A stretch of DNA of 64,000 nucleotides from Nitrososphaeria archaeon. GTDB taxonomy: Archaea > Thermoproteota > Nitrososphaeria > JACIWG01. This document shows, piece after piece, positions 1 through 10,693 of the stretch. How positions within the stretch are numbered: position 1 is the first letter of the stretch; each line of letters opens with the position of its first letter. The notes under the pieces were generated by a model. It had not been told where the DNA came from. It saw only the letters and a list, made by a program, of their open reading frames with translations, and did no database searches. Made by a program: the position numbers and the translations under genes. The stretch is taken from positions 30,158-94,157 of the forward strand of contig JBEKIG010000008.1 of assembly GCA_050011875.1 (NCBI GenBank), written 5' to 3'.

Positions 1-1457
1 TTACAATTACAAACGACGGGGCAACAATACTTAAAGAAATTGATGTGCAGCATCCTGCTGCTAAAGCGATGGTGGAAATTTCGAAGGCGACAGACAACGA
101 AGTCGGCGACGGAACAACTTCCGCAGTAGTTCTCGCAAGCGCCCTTCTAGATAAGGCGGAGGAACTAATAGACAAGGACGTTCATCCGATAGTCATAGTG
201 GATGGCTACAACAAAGCAGCTGAAAAAGCAAGGGAAATTCTTTCATCGATTTCAATAAAAGTAGATCCAAAAGATAAGCAATGGCTTACTAAAATAGGCA
301 CAACAAGCATGGCAACCAAACTTGTCTCATCTGAAGGCGAATTCTTATCCAAAATGATCGTCGACGCCATGCTTATGGTGACAGAAGAGCAAAATGGGAA
401 GCTAAAAGTCGACATCGACGACGTCAAGGTAGAAAAGAAAGCAGGTAGATCTCTTACCGACACAAAACTAATAAAAGGCATAATATTGGACAAAGAAGTT
501 GTTCACAACGGTATGCCGAAGAGGGTGACAAATGCAAGGATCGCGCTAATTAACTGTCCACTAGAAATTGAGAAAACAGAATTTGACGCAAAGATCAATA
601 TCAACAACCCTGAGCAGATTAAGATGTTCCTAGACGAAGAAAATAGCATGCTCAAATCGATGGTCGACAAGCTTGTAAACGTAAAAGCAAACGTCGTCGT
701 CTGCCAGAAGGGTATCGATGATATAGCTCAGCACTATCTGGCTAAGGCAGGAATACTTGCCGTAAGGAGAGCTAAACAATCTGACATAGATAAATTAGCG
801 AAAGCAACTGGGGGAAGAGTCATAACGAGCCTAGAAGATCTCAGCACGGACGATTTGGGTAAAGCAGAACTCGTTGAAGAAAGAAAAATTGAAGAAGACA
901 AATGGGTCTTTATCGAGGGATGCAAGAATCCAAAATCAGTGACACTATTCCTAAGAGGGGGAACACAGAGAATAGTCGAAGAAGCCGAAAGATCGGTGCA
1001 TGACGCACTTAGCGTCGTCAAAGACGTGATCCTTGAACCATACATTGTAGTAGGTGCAGGCGCACCAGAAGCAGAAATCGCTTCAAAGTTGTTCGATTGG
1101 GCTCAGACATTATCTGGTAGGGAACAGCTTGCAGTACAAAAGTTTGCTGAAGCAATGGAAGTAATACCTTTGGCTCTTGCAGAAAATGCTGGAATGGACC
1201 CAATAGATACTCTGGTAGAGCTAAGGGCAAGACATAGCAAGGGTGACAAGAACTTCGGTATTAACGCATTCGAAGGAAAGGTTCAAGATGCATCGAAATT
1301 CAGCGTTTATGAACCAAAGGCAGTGAAGGAACAGATACTTGCTGCTGCGACTGAAGCAGCGACCATGATTCTAAGAATAGACGATGTCATAGCATCGAGT
1401 AAGACCAGGGCTCCACCTCCATCACCAGGTGGCGGCGGCGGATACCCTGAAATGTAA
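1..1457 (+). CDS. Thermosome (group II chaperonin) subunit, 5'-truncated by the window edge
   Basis: Frame is open from position 3 ([18 protein letters not shown]); GDGTTS ATP motif; C-terminal LRIDD and Gly/Pro-rich tail. Confidence 0.97.
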   Translation, partial: TITNDGATILKEIDVQHPAAKAMVEISKATDNEVGDGTTSAVVLASALLDKAEELIDKDVHPIVIVDGYNKAAEKAREILSSISIKVDPKDKQWLTKIGTTSMATKLVSSEGEFLSKMIVDAMLMVTEEQNGKLKVDIDDVKVEKKAGRSLTDTKLIKGIILDKEVVHNGMPKRVTNARIALINCPLEIEKTEFDAKININNPEQIKMFLDEENSMLKSMVDKLVNVKANVVVCQKGIDDIAQHYLAKAGILAVRRAKQSDIDKLAKATGGRVITSLEDLSTDDLGKAELVEERKIEEDKWVFIEGCKNPKSVTLFLRGGTQRIVEEAERSVHDALSVVKDVILEPYIVVGAGAPEAEIASKLFDWAQTLSGREQLAVQKFAEAMEVIPLALAENAGMDPIDTLVELRARHSKGDKNFGINAFEGKVQDASKFSVYEPKAVKEQILAAATEAATMILRIDDVIASSKTRAPPPSPGGGGGYPEM

Positions 1458-1463
1458 TAAGCG

Positions 1464-1491
1464 TTTTCTTCCCTTCTCCTTTCTTTTTTTG
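1464..1491 (+). terminator. Archaeal oligo-T/pyrimidine-rich terminator after the thermosome gene
   Basis: ttttcttcccttctcctttcttttttt immediately follows the stop codons. Confidence 0.55.
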
Positions 1492-1544
1492 TTCTGCATT
1501 CATAAACAAATTCTTTTTAAACCGAAGCTCCTAAAGCATCATGT

Positions 1545-2897
1545 ATGACTGTAGATCGATTTGACGCTGTGGTAGTGGGTGCTGGAACAGGTGGAGCACT
1601 TACAGCCTTGACTCTAGCGGAAAAAAATGCTAAAGTCCTCCTTATTGACTCTAAAGAGGAGAAGCTGATCGGTAAGAAGGTCTGTGGAGATGCTCTTGGA
1701 ACCCATCATATAAAGAACGTAGGAATCCCTTTTCCTCCAAAAGAAACCTTCAAGGGTATGTTAGATACGATTAGGGTCTACTCTCCTTCCACAAAAAATT
1801 TTATGAATGTGGAAGGCAAAGGATTTGCATTAAACAGGTATAAATTTGGAAGATGGCTCTTAGACATGGCCCTTGATAAGGGTGCAGAGCTATTGCCTGC
1901 TACAAGAGCTGACGACATAGTTTTCGAAGACGGCAGAGCAGAACAGCTGAAGATTGTTGACACGAAGACCAAGGATTCTAAATACGTAAAGGCAAAATAT
2001 TTTGTTGATGCATCAGGTTTCATAGGCGCCTTGAGGAGACAGATACCGGATACTCTGGGAGTCGATAAAGAAATACGGATGTCGGATGTTGCCATTTTGT
2101 ACAGAGAAATAAGAAAGGTCGAAAAGGTTGAAGACCTAGGAATAGCAAAAATTTTCTTGGACCAAGGTACAGCCCCCGGAGGCTACTGGTGGTATTTTCC
2201 ACAAGATGAGCGCACACTAAATATTGGAGTAGGAATTCAAGGAGGAAAGAACATCAACCCAAAAGATGTGTTCACAGAAATAATAAGAGGAAGAACTGAT
2301 CTACAAAAGTCAGAAATTTTGGATGCAGGAGGAGGTGTAGTATCACTCAGAAGAAGTCTCTACACTTTAGTCGCCAACAATGTACTTTTCGTTGGCGATG
2401 CAGCTTGCACGGCGAATCCGATACACGGTGGAGGCATCGGCCCATCCATGCTAACCGGCAGAGCTTGTGGACAAGCCATAATCAACGCGCTAAATAATAC
2501 GGAAAAAGAGAAAGAGGAGCTTTGGGCGGCTAACGTAAACTTTGTAAAGATGTACGGGGCAAAGGCTGCTTCACTGGACGTTTTCAGAATCTTCCTTCAA
2601 GCTCTTACAAACGAAGAAATAGAGTTTGGAATGGCTAAGAAATTAGTTACAGATGAGGATGTCGCCGACCTCGGATACGGCACAGCAGATCTGTCGATAA
2701 AGGACAAAGCTCTAAAAATGCTACGCGGATTTTCCAAGCCTGGAGTACTAAAACACCTTGCAGAAACAGCGAAGTACATGAAATCTGTTAAACAAGAATA
2801 CAACAGGTACCCAGCCTACGAGAACTTCCCAGTGTGGGTTGCGACGGTCGAAAGGATGTTCAGAGAATATTCGAACAAATACCTGCCACACACCTAA
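1545..2897 (+). CDS. Digeranylgeranylglycerophospholipid reductase (geranylgeranyl reductase family)
   Basis: VVGAGTGG FAD motif, KVCGDA, PGGYWWYFP, GDAA..NPIHGGGI. Confidence 0.9.
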   Translation: MTVDRFDAVVVGAGTGGALTALTLAEKNAKVLLIDSKEEKLIGKKVCGDALGTHHIKNVGIPFPPKETFKGMLDTIRVYSPSTKNFMNVEGKGFALNRYKFGRWLLDMALDKGAELLPATRADDIVFEDGRAEQLKIVDTKTKDSKYVKAKYFVDASGFIGALRRQIPDTLGVDKEIRMSDVAILYREIRKVEKVEDLGIAKIFLDQGTAPGGYWWYFPQDERTLNIGVGIQGGKNINPKDVFTEIIRGRTDLQKSEILDAGGGVVSLRRSLYTLVANNVLFVGDAACTANPIHGGGIGPSMLTGRACGQAIINALNNTEKEKEELWAANVNFVKMYGAKAASLDVFRIFLQALTNEEIEFGMAKKLVTDEDVADLGYGTADLSIKDKALKMLRGFSKPGVLKHLAETAKYMKSVKQEYNRYPAYENFPVWVATVERMFREYSNKYLPHT

Positions 2898-3109
2898 TTT
2901 TTCCAGTTAATAGCAGGGTAAAATATTTAGTTGCTCAAATTTATAATGCTCTAATTCGACTTGGATCTATGTAAAGGGTCTAATAATTATTTGTAATAAT
3001 TAAATATCGATTTTAATTCCGTTGGAATATGTTTGGAACTTGAACATTCCTCCTTATGATATTATAAAGGTTTTATCACGTTATACTTAAAACTAAGTCG
3101 ATCAACTGC

Positions 3110-3670
3110 CTACGTCTTCTCAAGCATTTTTTCAAGTGTCCAAGTAACTAGATTCACTATCTCTTTTAAGCGAATCTTTGTTCGGTAATTCTTCACAGTA
3201 ATCTTTTTTATAAATCCACCGTCTTCCTCGACTGAAAAGGATAGTAGGTCTTCTTCACCTATAATTCCGCTCCTAGCCTGGTCCTTGTCGGCCTGAACCA
3301 TTTGAGGTAACTTTTTACCTATAAGATAGGAAGTGAATGGTGGCGTAGATGTTTTAAGCTTAACTGTTGAGGCAGGTACAACGGTAATTGTATTGGGTGC
3401 AAGGTAGGCTGTTGCCACTATTCTCCCATCTTTGATCTTGAGAGAAACAACTTCCTCTGCTACTTCCTCAGTTTTGGGGATTTCTTCCCTTACCTTTTCA
3501 ACAGCTTCAGTTTGAATTTCAGCAGCAGGTTTAAACCCCTTCTGCAGAAGGAAGCTGTCTAAAACAATTAGTGTCTCACGTAACGCGTCTATTTCCTTCT
3601 CGAGCGCCTTTATCCTTTCTTCGATCCACACCTTAGTTCCGGCTACCTTTTTAACGTCTTCTTCGCTCAA
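3110..3670 (-). CDS. Hypothetical protein with N-terminal coiled coil
   Basis: 186-aa ORF, upstream TATA-like element, no recognised motif. Confidence 0.75.
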   Translation of the reverse strand: MSEEDVKKVAGTKVWIEERIKALEKEIDALRETLIVLDSFLLQKGFKPAAEIQTEAVEKVREEIPKTEEVAEEVVSLKIKDGRIVATAYLAPNTITVVPASTVKLKTSTPPFTSYLIGKKLPQMVQADKDQARSGIIGEEDLLSFSVEEDGGFIKKITVKNYRTKIRLKEIVNLVTWTLEKMLEKT

Positions 3671-3718
3671 ATCTTCTCACATAAAATGAGCCTTGTTAAG
3701 TATATAACTTTTTTATAG

Positions 3719-4360
3719 TTAGGTTAAAAACGTTTTAACACGCTTTTCGATAGCGAGTATTACAAGTAGCGCACCGACAGAGGCAATTGTCCTTTCATAA
3801 ATAGTAAGTGGAAATATCACATACCACTCTCCAGAAGTTAATGAAAGCATAAATATCGAAAGGAAAGTGCCAGTCGCCTGCTGCGCAAAAGTTGAAGATA
3901 AAGTACTGAAGAATACGCTAAGACGGGAAGATTTTTTAAAGAAAAGGATTAGAACAGCGCAGCATGATGCGACGATATGAGGTAAAATATACCACCAAGC
4001 TGTAGGATATATTATGCAAAAAAAGAAAGAGAAAAACACCAGATATATTGCTGTTATGAAAGGAAATCCTCGTTTATTTAATCCTGCAAAAAAGGCACCT
4101 GACGTTGAAATTAAAACACTTAAAAACCCAAACGTAGCTGTCATAGAAATGAAATTGCCAGCTGCAAAACTGATGACCATTGAAAGGGCACCGTAATAAG
4201 GTCCAAGAATCCAACCGACAACAGGCGGAACAATTATGGCAAGACCAAATGAACTCGTACCTCCGATAACAGTTGTTCCTATAGGTACGAATGCAAGGAC
4301 TATATAAAGGGAGGCAAAGACTATGGCGGCAGAGAGCTTCCTGCTTGTAATTTTTGCCAT
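3719..4360 (-). CDS. Multi-pass membrane protein, ECF S-component-like
   Basis: About 6 hydrophobic helices; VGWILGPYYGAL resembles the S-component motif. Confidence 0.65.
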   Translation of the reverse strand: MAKITSRKLSAAIVFASLYIVLAFVPIGTTVIGGTSSFGLAIIVPPVVGWILGPYYGALSMVISFAAGNFISMTATFGFLSVLISTSGAFFAGLNKRGFPFITAIYLVFFSFFFCIIYPTAWWYILPHIVASCCAVLILFFKKSSRLSVFFSTLSSTFAQQATGTFLSIFMLSLTSGEWYVIFPLTIYERTIASVGALLVILAIEKRVKTFLT

Positions 4361-4513
4361 GAAAGTGAATTGCCAAAGCTACCTTATATAAATCTTATTC
4401 TGCTACAGATAGAATGATTTTGAGTTACATCGATAACTATTTTTTAGCCTTTTAACTAAGCTGGAAAGCTTATTATTCCTATTTATAAATTAGTGAACGT
4501 GTGTTGGTTGGCT

Positions 4514-5800
4514 ATGTCCAGGACATCACAATTTTCAGGGTTCTATAAATTGAGTCTAGAGGAGAAGTTGGAGATAGTGAAGGAGTTCTCAGGCCTGTCT
4601 GAAGATGAGGTTTTGCAGCTAAAGACGTCTTCGGCGTTAAAGATGGACAGTGCGGAAAGAATGATCGAAAATGTTATTGGAATAATGCCTGTTCCACTCG
4701 GCGTCGCCGTCAACTTCCTCATCAACGGCAGAGACTTCCTTGTACCTATGGCGATAGAGGAACCATCGGTGGTCGCGGCTGCCAGTAATGCGGCAAGAAT
4801 GGCAAGAATCAAAGGTGGCTTCTTAGCTTCCAGCACAGAGCCGATCATGATTTCACAGATACAGGTAATAAAAATAGAAGATCCCTTCCAAGGGAAGAAC
4901 GAAGTCTTTAACAGAAAGGCAGATATCATAAAACTGGCGAATGAGCAGGACCCTTTTCTTGTTTCAGTGGGCGGAGGAGTGAGAGACATTGGAGCGAAAG
5001 TTATAGACACCATCAGGGGGAAGATGCTTATCGTAGAACTGTACGTCGACTGCAAAGATGCTATGGGAGCGAATGTCGTTAACACGATGGCTGAGGCTGT
5101 GGCACCGCTGATAGAAGAAATAACTGGAGGAACCGTGCTCCTGCGTATTGTAAGCAACCTTGCAACCTTTAGATTAGCTCGGGCTTCTGCGACGTTCGAA
5201 AAAGATGTCTTAGGAGGCGAAGACGTTGTCGACGCCATTTTGGACGCGTACGCGTTTGCTGAAGCGGACCCGTACAGGTGCGCTACACACAACAAGGGAA
5301 TAATGAACGGTATCACCGCAGTCGTATTAGCAACCGGAAATGATACGAGAGCCATTGAGGCGGGAGCACACGCTTATGCGGCTAGGAATGGGGGATACGG
5401 TTCCCTAACGAAGTGGGAAAAGAATCGTTTGGGTGACCTTGTGGGCTTTATAGAACTCCCACTCGCAGTAGGCATTGTAGGCGGTGCAACGAAATCTAAC
5501 CCTATAGCGAAAATATGCACAAAAATACTTGGAATCAGGAGCGCAACCGAACTCGGAGAAGTTATCGCTTCTGTAGGATTAGCGCAGAACTTCGCAGCAT
5601 TAAGAGCCCTAGCTACCGAAGGAATACAGAAAGGGCACATGAAACTTCACGCGAGGAACATAGCTATTATGGCCGGAGCAACAGGCGAACTTGCCGATAA
5701 AATAGCAGAGAAGATGGTTCAAGAAGGTAAGGTTAGGATAGATAAGGCGAAAGAAATTCTCGAAAAGGTGAAAGAAAGTCAATCTTCAAAGACTGAGTGA
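4514..5800 (+). CDS. mvaA: Hydroxymethylglutaryl-CoA reductase, class II
   Basis: ENVIG, EEPSVVAAAS, DAMGAN, THNKGIMNG, EGIQKGHM; ATG at 4514 preferred. Confidence 0.93.
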   Translation: MSRTSQFSGFYKLSLEEKLEIVKEFSGLSEDEVLQLKTSSALKMDSAERMIENVIGIMPVPLGVAVNFLINGRDFLVPMAIEEPSVVAAASNAARMARIKGGFLASSTEPIMISQIQVIKIEDPFQGKNEVFNRKADIIKLANEQDPFLVSVGGGVRDIGAKVIDTIRGKMLIVELYVDCKDAMGANVVNTMAEAVAPLIEEITGGTVLLRIVSNLATFRLARASATFEKDVLGGEDVVDAILDAYAFAEADPYRCATHNKGIMNGITAVVLATGNDTRAIEAGAHAYAARNGGYGSLTKWEKNRLGDLVGFIELPLAVGIVGGATKSNPIAKICTKILGIRSATELGEVIASVGLAQNFAALRALATEGIQKGHMKLHARNIAIMAGATGELADKIAEKMVQEGKVRIDKAKEILEKVKESQSSKTE

Positions 5801-5911
5801 ATAAGGCTCGTTAGATGGCTGGCATACTGAATTCATCAAAAGCAAAATGAAAGAAAATAGTTTTTTTAAAAAGTTTTTTAAGATGTCTGATTGAGAAACC
5901 TGCGAACGGGA

Positions 5912-7363
5912 ATGTCACTTAAATCATTTTTTGAACCAGCTTCGATTGCGATTGTTGGCGCATCTCCAAACATAGACAAGGTGGGCGGTGTTGTCGCCAA
6001 TACGCTAATAACCAATATGAAAAGAGGTATTCTTAAAGCCAAGATCTACCCCGTGAATTCTAAATATGATAGCATATATGATGTACCATGTTATAAGTCG
6101 ATTAAGGATATTAAAGATAATATCGACCTTTTAATTGTAGCTATACCGGCTTCTGCGGTGCCAGAAATAATTAGAGAGGCAGGTGAATCAGGGGTAAAAT
6201 CGGCTATAATAATTACTTCAGGCTTCAAGGAGGTCGGCAATGTTCAACTGCAAGATGAAGTGGTAAATGTAGCTAAACAATATGGTATAAGAATTATGGG
6301 TCCAAATTGTCTTGGAGTCTATGACTCGCTCACTGGCGTGGACTCGCTCTTTCTACCCGAATTTAAACTATTATCTACAGGAAAAGAAGTGTTAGCTACA
6401 CCAAGACCGCGGCCGGGATCGATAGTTCTTATCAGCCAGAGTGGTGCGCTGGGCGCGGCCCTACTCGATTACATGGCGGGAATTAACCTCGGTCTAAGGT
6501 GCTTTGTAAGCTTTGGAAACAGAGCGGATGTAAATGAATCCGAACTTCTGGAATATTTCAAGGAGGATCGTCTAACAAAAGTCATACTGCTCTACCTCGA
6601 ATCCGTAAGCGATGGCAGACTGTTCCTTGAAGCAGCAAGGAAGACCTGCGAAAAAAAGCCTATTATCGCGCTCAAAGTGGGAAAATCTCGGTCTGGTGCA
6701 AGAGGGGCGGTTTCGCACACGGGTTCTCTTGCAGGGATGGATCAGATATATCAGGCCGCATTTGAAGAATGCGGAGTCATCAGAGCTAACACTATAGAAG
6801 ATCTCTTCGACATGGGTAGAGCGCTCCTTTATCAGCCTCCAGCGTTAGGCAAGAACGTCGCGGTTTTGACTAATGCGGGTGGGCCTGGAATAATCGCCGC
6901 TGACGCACTGGATGCTTCTGGATTGCAGGTTGTTGAACTATCAGAGGGGTCTAAGAAAATCTTCCAGGATAAAATAAAGGAAGGGGTATTCCCACCCTAT
7001 ATGTCGTATGCAAATCCCGTGGATCTCTCAGCCCAGGTAGGCAGCGACGCATTCAGAGAAGCCTTGAACATACTCTTGGACGATCCTGTTGTGAACGGAA
7101 TACTGGTCATAACACTGCATCACACGCCGTTTGTAATGGATGATGTCGTCGGAAAAATCGCCGGTCCGGCATTTGAAAAATCCAAGCCTGTTGTAGCAGT
7201 CGATATAGGTGCAACAGAAATGGCTCAAGAAATCAGGGCAAGATTTGAGAAGTTCAGGGTGCCAGCGTTTAATGCGCCTGAGCGGGCGGCTAGAGCGCTT
7301 TACGCGCTAGCCTATTATGGGACATTCCTCAAAGAAAAAATGATTGTGCAAGCTCCGCAATAG
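5912..7363 (+). CDS. acdA: ADP-forming acetyl/acyl-CoA synthetase alpha subunit
   Basis: IAIVGAS, GPNCLG, SQSGA, catalytic His in SHTGSLAG, NAGGPG, NPVDL. Confidence 0.9.
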   Translation: MSLKSFFEPASIAIVGASPNIDKVGGVVANTLITNMKRGILKAKIYPVNSKYDSIYDVPCYKSIKDIKDNIDLLIVAIPASAVPEIIREAGESGVKSAIIITSGFKEVGNVQLQDEVVNVAKQYGIRIMGPNCLGVYDSLTGVDSLFLPEFKLLSTGKEVLATPRPRPGSIVLISQSGALGAALLDYMAGINLGLRCFVSFGNRADVNESELLEYFKEDRLTKVILLYLESVSDGRLFLEAARKTCEKKPIIALKVGKSRSGARGAVSHTGSLAGMDQIYQAAFEECGVIRANTIEDLFDMGRALLYQPPALGKNVAVLTNAGGPGIIAADALDASGLQVVELSEGSKKIFQDKIKEGVFPPYMSYANPVDLSAQVGSDAFREALNILLDDPVVNGILVITLHHTPFVMDDVVGKIAGPAFEKSKPVVAVDIGATEMAQEIRARFEKFRVPAFNAPERAARALYALAYYGTFLKEKMIVQAPQ

Positions 7364-7376
7364 AGTGATTGAAAGG

Positions 7377-7907
7377 ATGCTGTCCTCAAGCGGGTCAACG
7401 GAAGAGTACAGCAAAAAAGTGACCCTGAAGGATGGCTCATCGGTTCTGCTCAGGAAAGTAAAGGAAGGTGACGAAAAAGCTCTTTTAAACATGTTTACCG
7501 GCCTTAAGCCTGAGACGGTATACAACAGATTCTTCAAACTTAGAAAACCTTTTTCAATCGAAGAAGTAACAAAGATGGTTCTGGTTAAACCGGATGAAGA
7601 ATTCGCGATAGTGGGGTCACCGTTGCAGCCTTCGGAACTTGACGTCATCGCGGATGCGAGATACTATGTTGAAGAGGACATGAACGCAGAGGTGTCTATT
7701 GTAGTGCAGGATAGGTGGCAACTTAAAGGATTGGGAACGGCTATGTTGAGCCATCTGATAGAAATTGGAAAAGAACATAAGATAAAGTTGTTCTTCGTCT
7801 ACGTCTTGAGCGATAACGCGGTTATGATTCACGTAGCCAAGAAGCTAGGCTTCAAACTTAAGTCTCAATCTTATGGTATAACACGGCTGGACCTTAAAGT
7901 TGAATAG
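7377..7907 (+). CDS. GNAT acetyltransferase resembling the Pat/YfiQ GNAT domain
   Basis: TLKDG...PETVYNRFF, AEVSIVVQDRWQLKGLG, N..M....KKLGF. Confidence 0.85.
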   Translation: MLSSSGSTEEYSKKVTLKDGSSVLLRKVKEGDEKALLNMFTGLKPETVYNRFFKLRKPFSIEEVTKMVLVKPDEEFAIVGSPLQPSELDVIADARYYVEEDMNAEVSIVVQDRWQLKGLGTAMLSHLIEIGKEHKIKLFFVYVLSDNAVMIHVAKKLGFKLKSQSYGITRLDLKVE

Positions 7908-7954
7908 AAAATGTCAGAGCACTTTTTTTGGTAAAATCTATCGTTGACATTCTT

Positions 7955-8659
7955 CTATGCTTTTAATATTATTCTTGCGTCAACGACAACTAGTCCTTTT
8001 TCATATACTATAACGGGGTTTAAGTCGACCTGATCTATGACTGGATTTTCAGTGGAGATCCTTGAAACATTGCATATAACGTCTGCGATTGCATCGACAT
8101 CGAGAGGTTTCGACCCTCTGAAACCCGAAAGAAGGGGGTAGCCTTTGACCTTCTTGATCATGTCGATAGCTTCCTCTTTGCTTACGGGAGTGATTCTGAA
8201 GATAACGTCCTTCATTATTTCTATTAGAACACCTCCTAAACCGAACATTACAGCAGGTCCGAATGTCGGGTCGCGCAACATTCCAACAACAACTTCAACA
8301 GATTTCGGAGCCATCTTTTCGACGAGAACGCCGACTATTCTTGCGCTAGGGGCTTTTTCCCTGACGTCATCCAAAAGAGAAGCGTAATCCTCCTTGAGCT
8401 GTTGTTCGTCTTTGATGCCTATTCTAACTCCTCCTATATCGCTCTTGTGGATTATGTCGGGTGAGACGATTTTAACGACAATCGGATATCCGATGCTGTT
8501 GGCAGCGGATTCGGCTTCCTCAATCGAATCGACCACTTTGTAGGGACAAATTGGGATACTGTAAGAAGATAAAATTTCATATGCTTCAGGTTCCAATAGA
8601 TTCTTTCTGCCTTCTGAGAGAGCGTGCTCAAGTAACTTTTGGGCTGCCATATCCACCAC
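7955..8659 (-). CDS. acdB: ADP-forming acyl-CoA synthetase beta subunit (ATP-grasp)
   Basis: KIVSPDIIHKSDIGGV, DPTFGP.VMFGLGG, DLNP, VDARI. Confidence 0.92.
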   Translation of the reverse strand: MVDMAAQKLLEHALSEGRKNLLEPEAYEILSSYSIPICPYKVVDSIEEAESAANSIGYPIVVKIVSPDIIHKSDIGGVRIGIKDEQQLKEDYASLLDDVREKAPSARIVGVLVEKMAPKSVEVVVGMLRDPTFGPAVMFGLGGVLIEIMKDVIFRITPVSKEEAIDMIKKVKGYPLLSGFRGSKPLDVDAIADVICNVSRISTENPVIDQVDLNPVIVYEKGLVVVDARIILKA

Positions 8660-8691
8660 ATTATCCCTTATTTCGATTGAATATTTAATCC

Positions 8692-10608
8692 TTAACCGTC
8701 ATAGTCAGGTGACCCTTTTCCAATTTCTTTGTCCCGCAGGAACCTTCTTAATATCTTGCCGCTTCTTGTCTTAGGAAGGTTGTTTATCGCTTCAATCTCT
8801 GATGGGACAGCTATTAAGCCAATGTATTCAGTGATTCTGCGCCGAATCTCTTCCATTAATTCGTCGTCGAGTGTCCATCCTTCCTTTAAAACAACGAAGA
8901 CTTTCACTGTTTCACCTCCTAAAGGAGATGGTTTTCCTATTGCAGCAGCGTCAATTATCGCAGGATGAGATAGTACAGCCTTCTCTATTTCAGCTGTTCC
9001 GATTCTGTACCCTGCTATCTTAATTACGTCATCAGACCTCCCCTTGATCCAAAAGTATCCATCAGCGTCTCTTGAAGCGATATCGCCTGTGATGTACCAT
9101 CCTTGAACGATATCCCAATAGTCTATATACTTCCTAGGATCTTGGAAAACCGTCTCCATCATACCAGGCCAGGGGCCACCGATCGCGAGCAGGCCTTCGT
9201 CCCCGTTCTTTAATACTTCACCCGTCGGGGATATCACAGCGGCTTTTATTGATGGAAAAGGTTTTCCAACGGAACCTGGTTTTAAGGGGATAGATGAGAA
9301 ACCTGTAATAAGTATTATACCTGTCTCAGTCTGCCACCATGTGTCAATGACGGGACAGCACTCTTTCCCGACAGCCCTATAGAACCATTTCCAAGTTGAA
9401 GAATCAATTGGTTCACCAACGGTTCCGAGTATTCGAAGAGACCGGAGAGAATATTTTTTTAGAGACGCTTCTTCGGAGATGAAACTCCTGATGTATGTCG
9501 GTATGGTGTAAAAGGCGTTGATACCATAATCGTCAATGATCTTAGCCCACCTTGTAGAGTTTGGATAGCCGAGGTCACCTTCATAGATGAATATGGTTGA
9601 ACCATTGATTAACGGGCCATAGACTACATAGGTATGCCCTGTAATCCAATCGGGTGAGGCCGTGCACCAATAGATGTCGTCGTCCCGAATATTAAAAACC
9701 CACTTTGTTGTTAAATAGGAGCTAACCATGTAACCTCCATGAGAGTGGATTATTCCTTTCGGCTTACCGGCGGTGCCTGAGGTGTAAATTATGAACAGTG
9801 GATCATAGGACTCCATTATCTCACATTCGGCGACATCGGGAGCTCCGTTAACAATTTCGTCCCAAAAGAGGTATACCGGTTCTTCTTTCAAAGGAGTAGG
9901 TCTGTACTGCTCTGTTATGATCGGTATGTCCACCCTTTTCTTTAATATTACGTACTTTAGCGAAGGACACTGTGATAGTTGAGCGATGGTGTTTGCAACT
10001 ACGGTCAGCTTTCCGCCATAATATGCCCCGTTGGAGGTGATCAGAACCTTGGAGGCGGTTTCCATAACGCGTTCCCTTAAGATCCTTCCACTATAACCGT
10101 AATATATTACATTATGAACTGCACCTATCTTGGCGCAGGCGAGCATAGCAATAATCTGTTCCGGGACTATTGGAAGAAAGATCGTTACAAAATCGCCTTT
10201 TCTGATTCCAAGCTTCTTCAGCGCGTTTGCGAGTTTGTTTACGTGCCTGTACAGTTCACCATATGTGATGGATCTCTTTTCCCCAGGCTCACCTTCCCAG
10301 TAAATGGCGACCTTATTTCTTCTCCATGTATTCGCATGCCTATCTAAAGCATTCTGTACAATATTGCATTTGGCGTCAACAAACCATCTTGCTCTAGGGT
10401 ACTGCCAATCTAAAACCTTGGTCCATGGGTTAAACCATTCAACTTCTTTAGCGGCGTCTCCCCAAAAGCCTTCAACGTCGTTTATCGACTTTTCGTAAAC
10501 TTCATCGTATCTTTTTAAATAAGCTGTTTCGACTACATCTTTTTGAGGGTAAACCATTTCTTTCCCAGAGTCCAGTGTATTCATGTTCACATTGGCAGGT
10601 ATTCCCAA
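8692..10608 (-). CDS. acs: AMP-forming acetyl-CoA synthetase
   Basis: YTSGTAGKPKG, WITGHTY, DTWWQTETG, PKTRSGKILRR; start may be the ATG near 10584. Confidence 0.92.
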   Translation of the reverse strand: MGIPANVNMNTLDSGKEMVYPQKDVVETAYLKRYDEVYEKSINDVEGFWGDAAKEVEWFNPWTKVLDWQYPRARWFVDAKCNIVQNALDRHANTWRRNKVAIYWEGEPGEKRSITYGELYRHVNKLANALKKLGIRKGDFVTIFLPIVPEQIIAMLACAKIGAVHNVIYYGYSGRILRERVMETASKVLITSNGAYYGGKLTVVANTIAQLSQCPSLKYVILKKRVDIPIITEQYRPTPLKEEPVYLFWDEIVNGAPDVAECEIMESYDPLFIIYTSGTAGKPKGIIHSHGGYMVSSYLTTKWVFNIRDDDIYWCTASPDWITGHTYVVYGPLINGSTIFIYEGDLGYPNSTRWAKIIDDYGINAFYTIPTYIRSFISEEASLKKYSLRSLRILGTVGEPIDSSTWKWFYRAVGKECCPVIDTWWQTETGIILITGFSSIPLKPGSVGKPFPSIKAAVISPTGEVLKNGDEGLLAIGGPWPGMMETVFQDPRKYIDYWDIVQGWYITGDIASRDADGYFWIKGRSDDVIKIAGYRIGTAEIEKAVLSHPAIIDAAAIGKPSPLGGETVKVFVVLKEGWTLDDELMEEIRRRITEYIGLIAVPSEIEAINNLPKTRSGKILRRFLRDKEIGKGSPDYDG

Positions 10609-10693
10609 GGCAGTTTAAAAATTGTTTCCAACTGTGATTAACATTTCAGACTTCGACCCAAGATTTATAAAGAAAAGTTTAAAATGATAGTTT

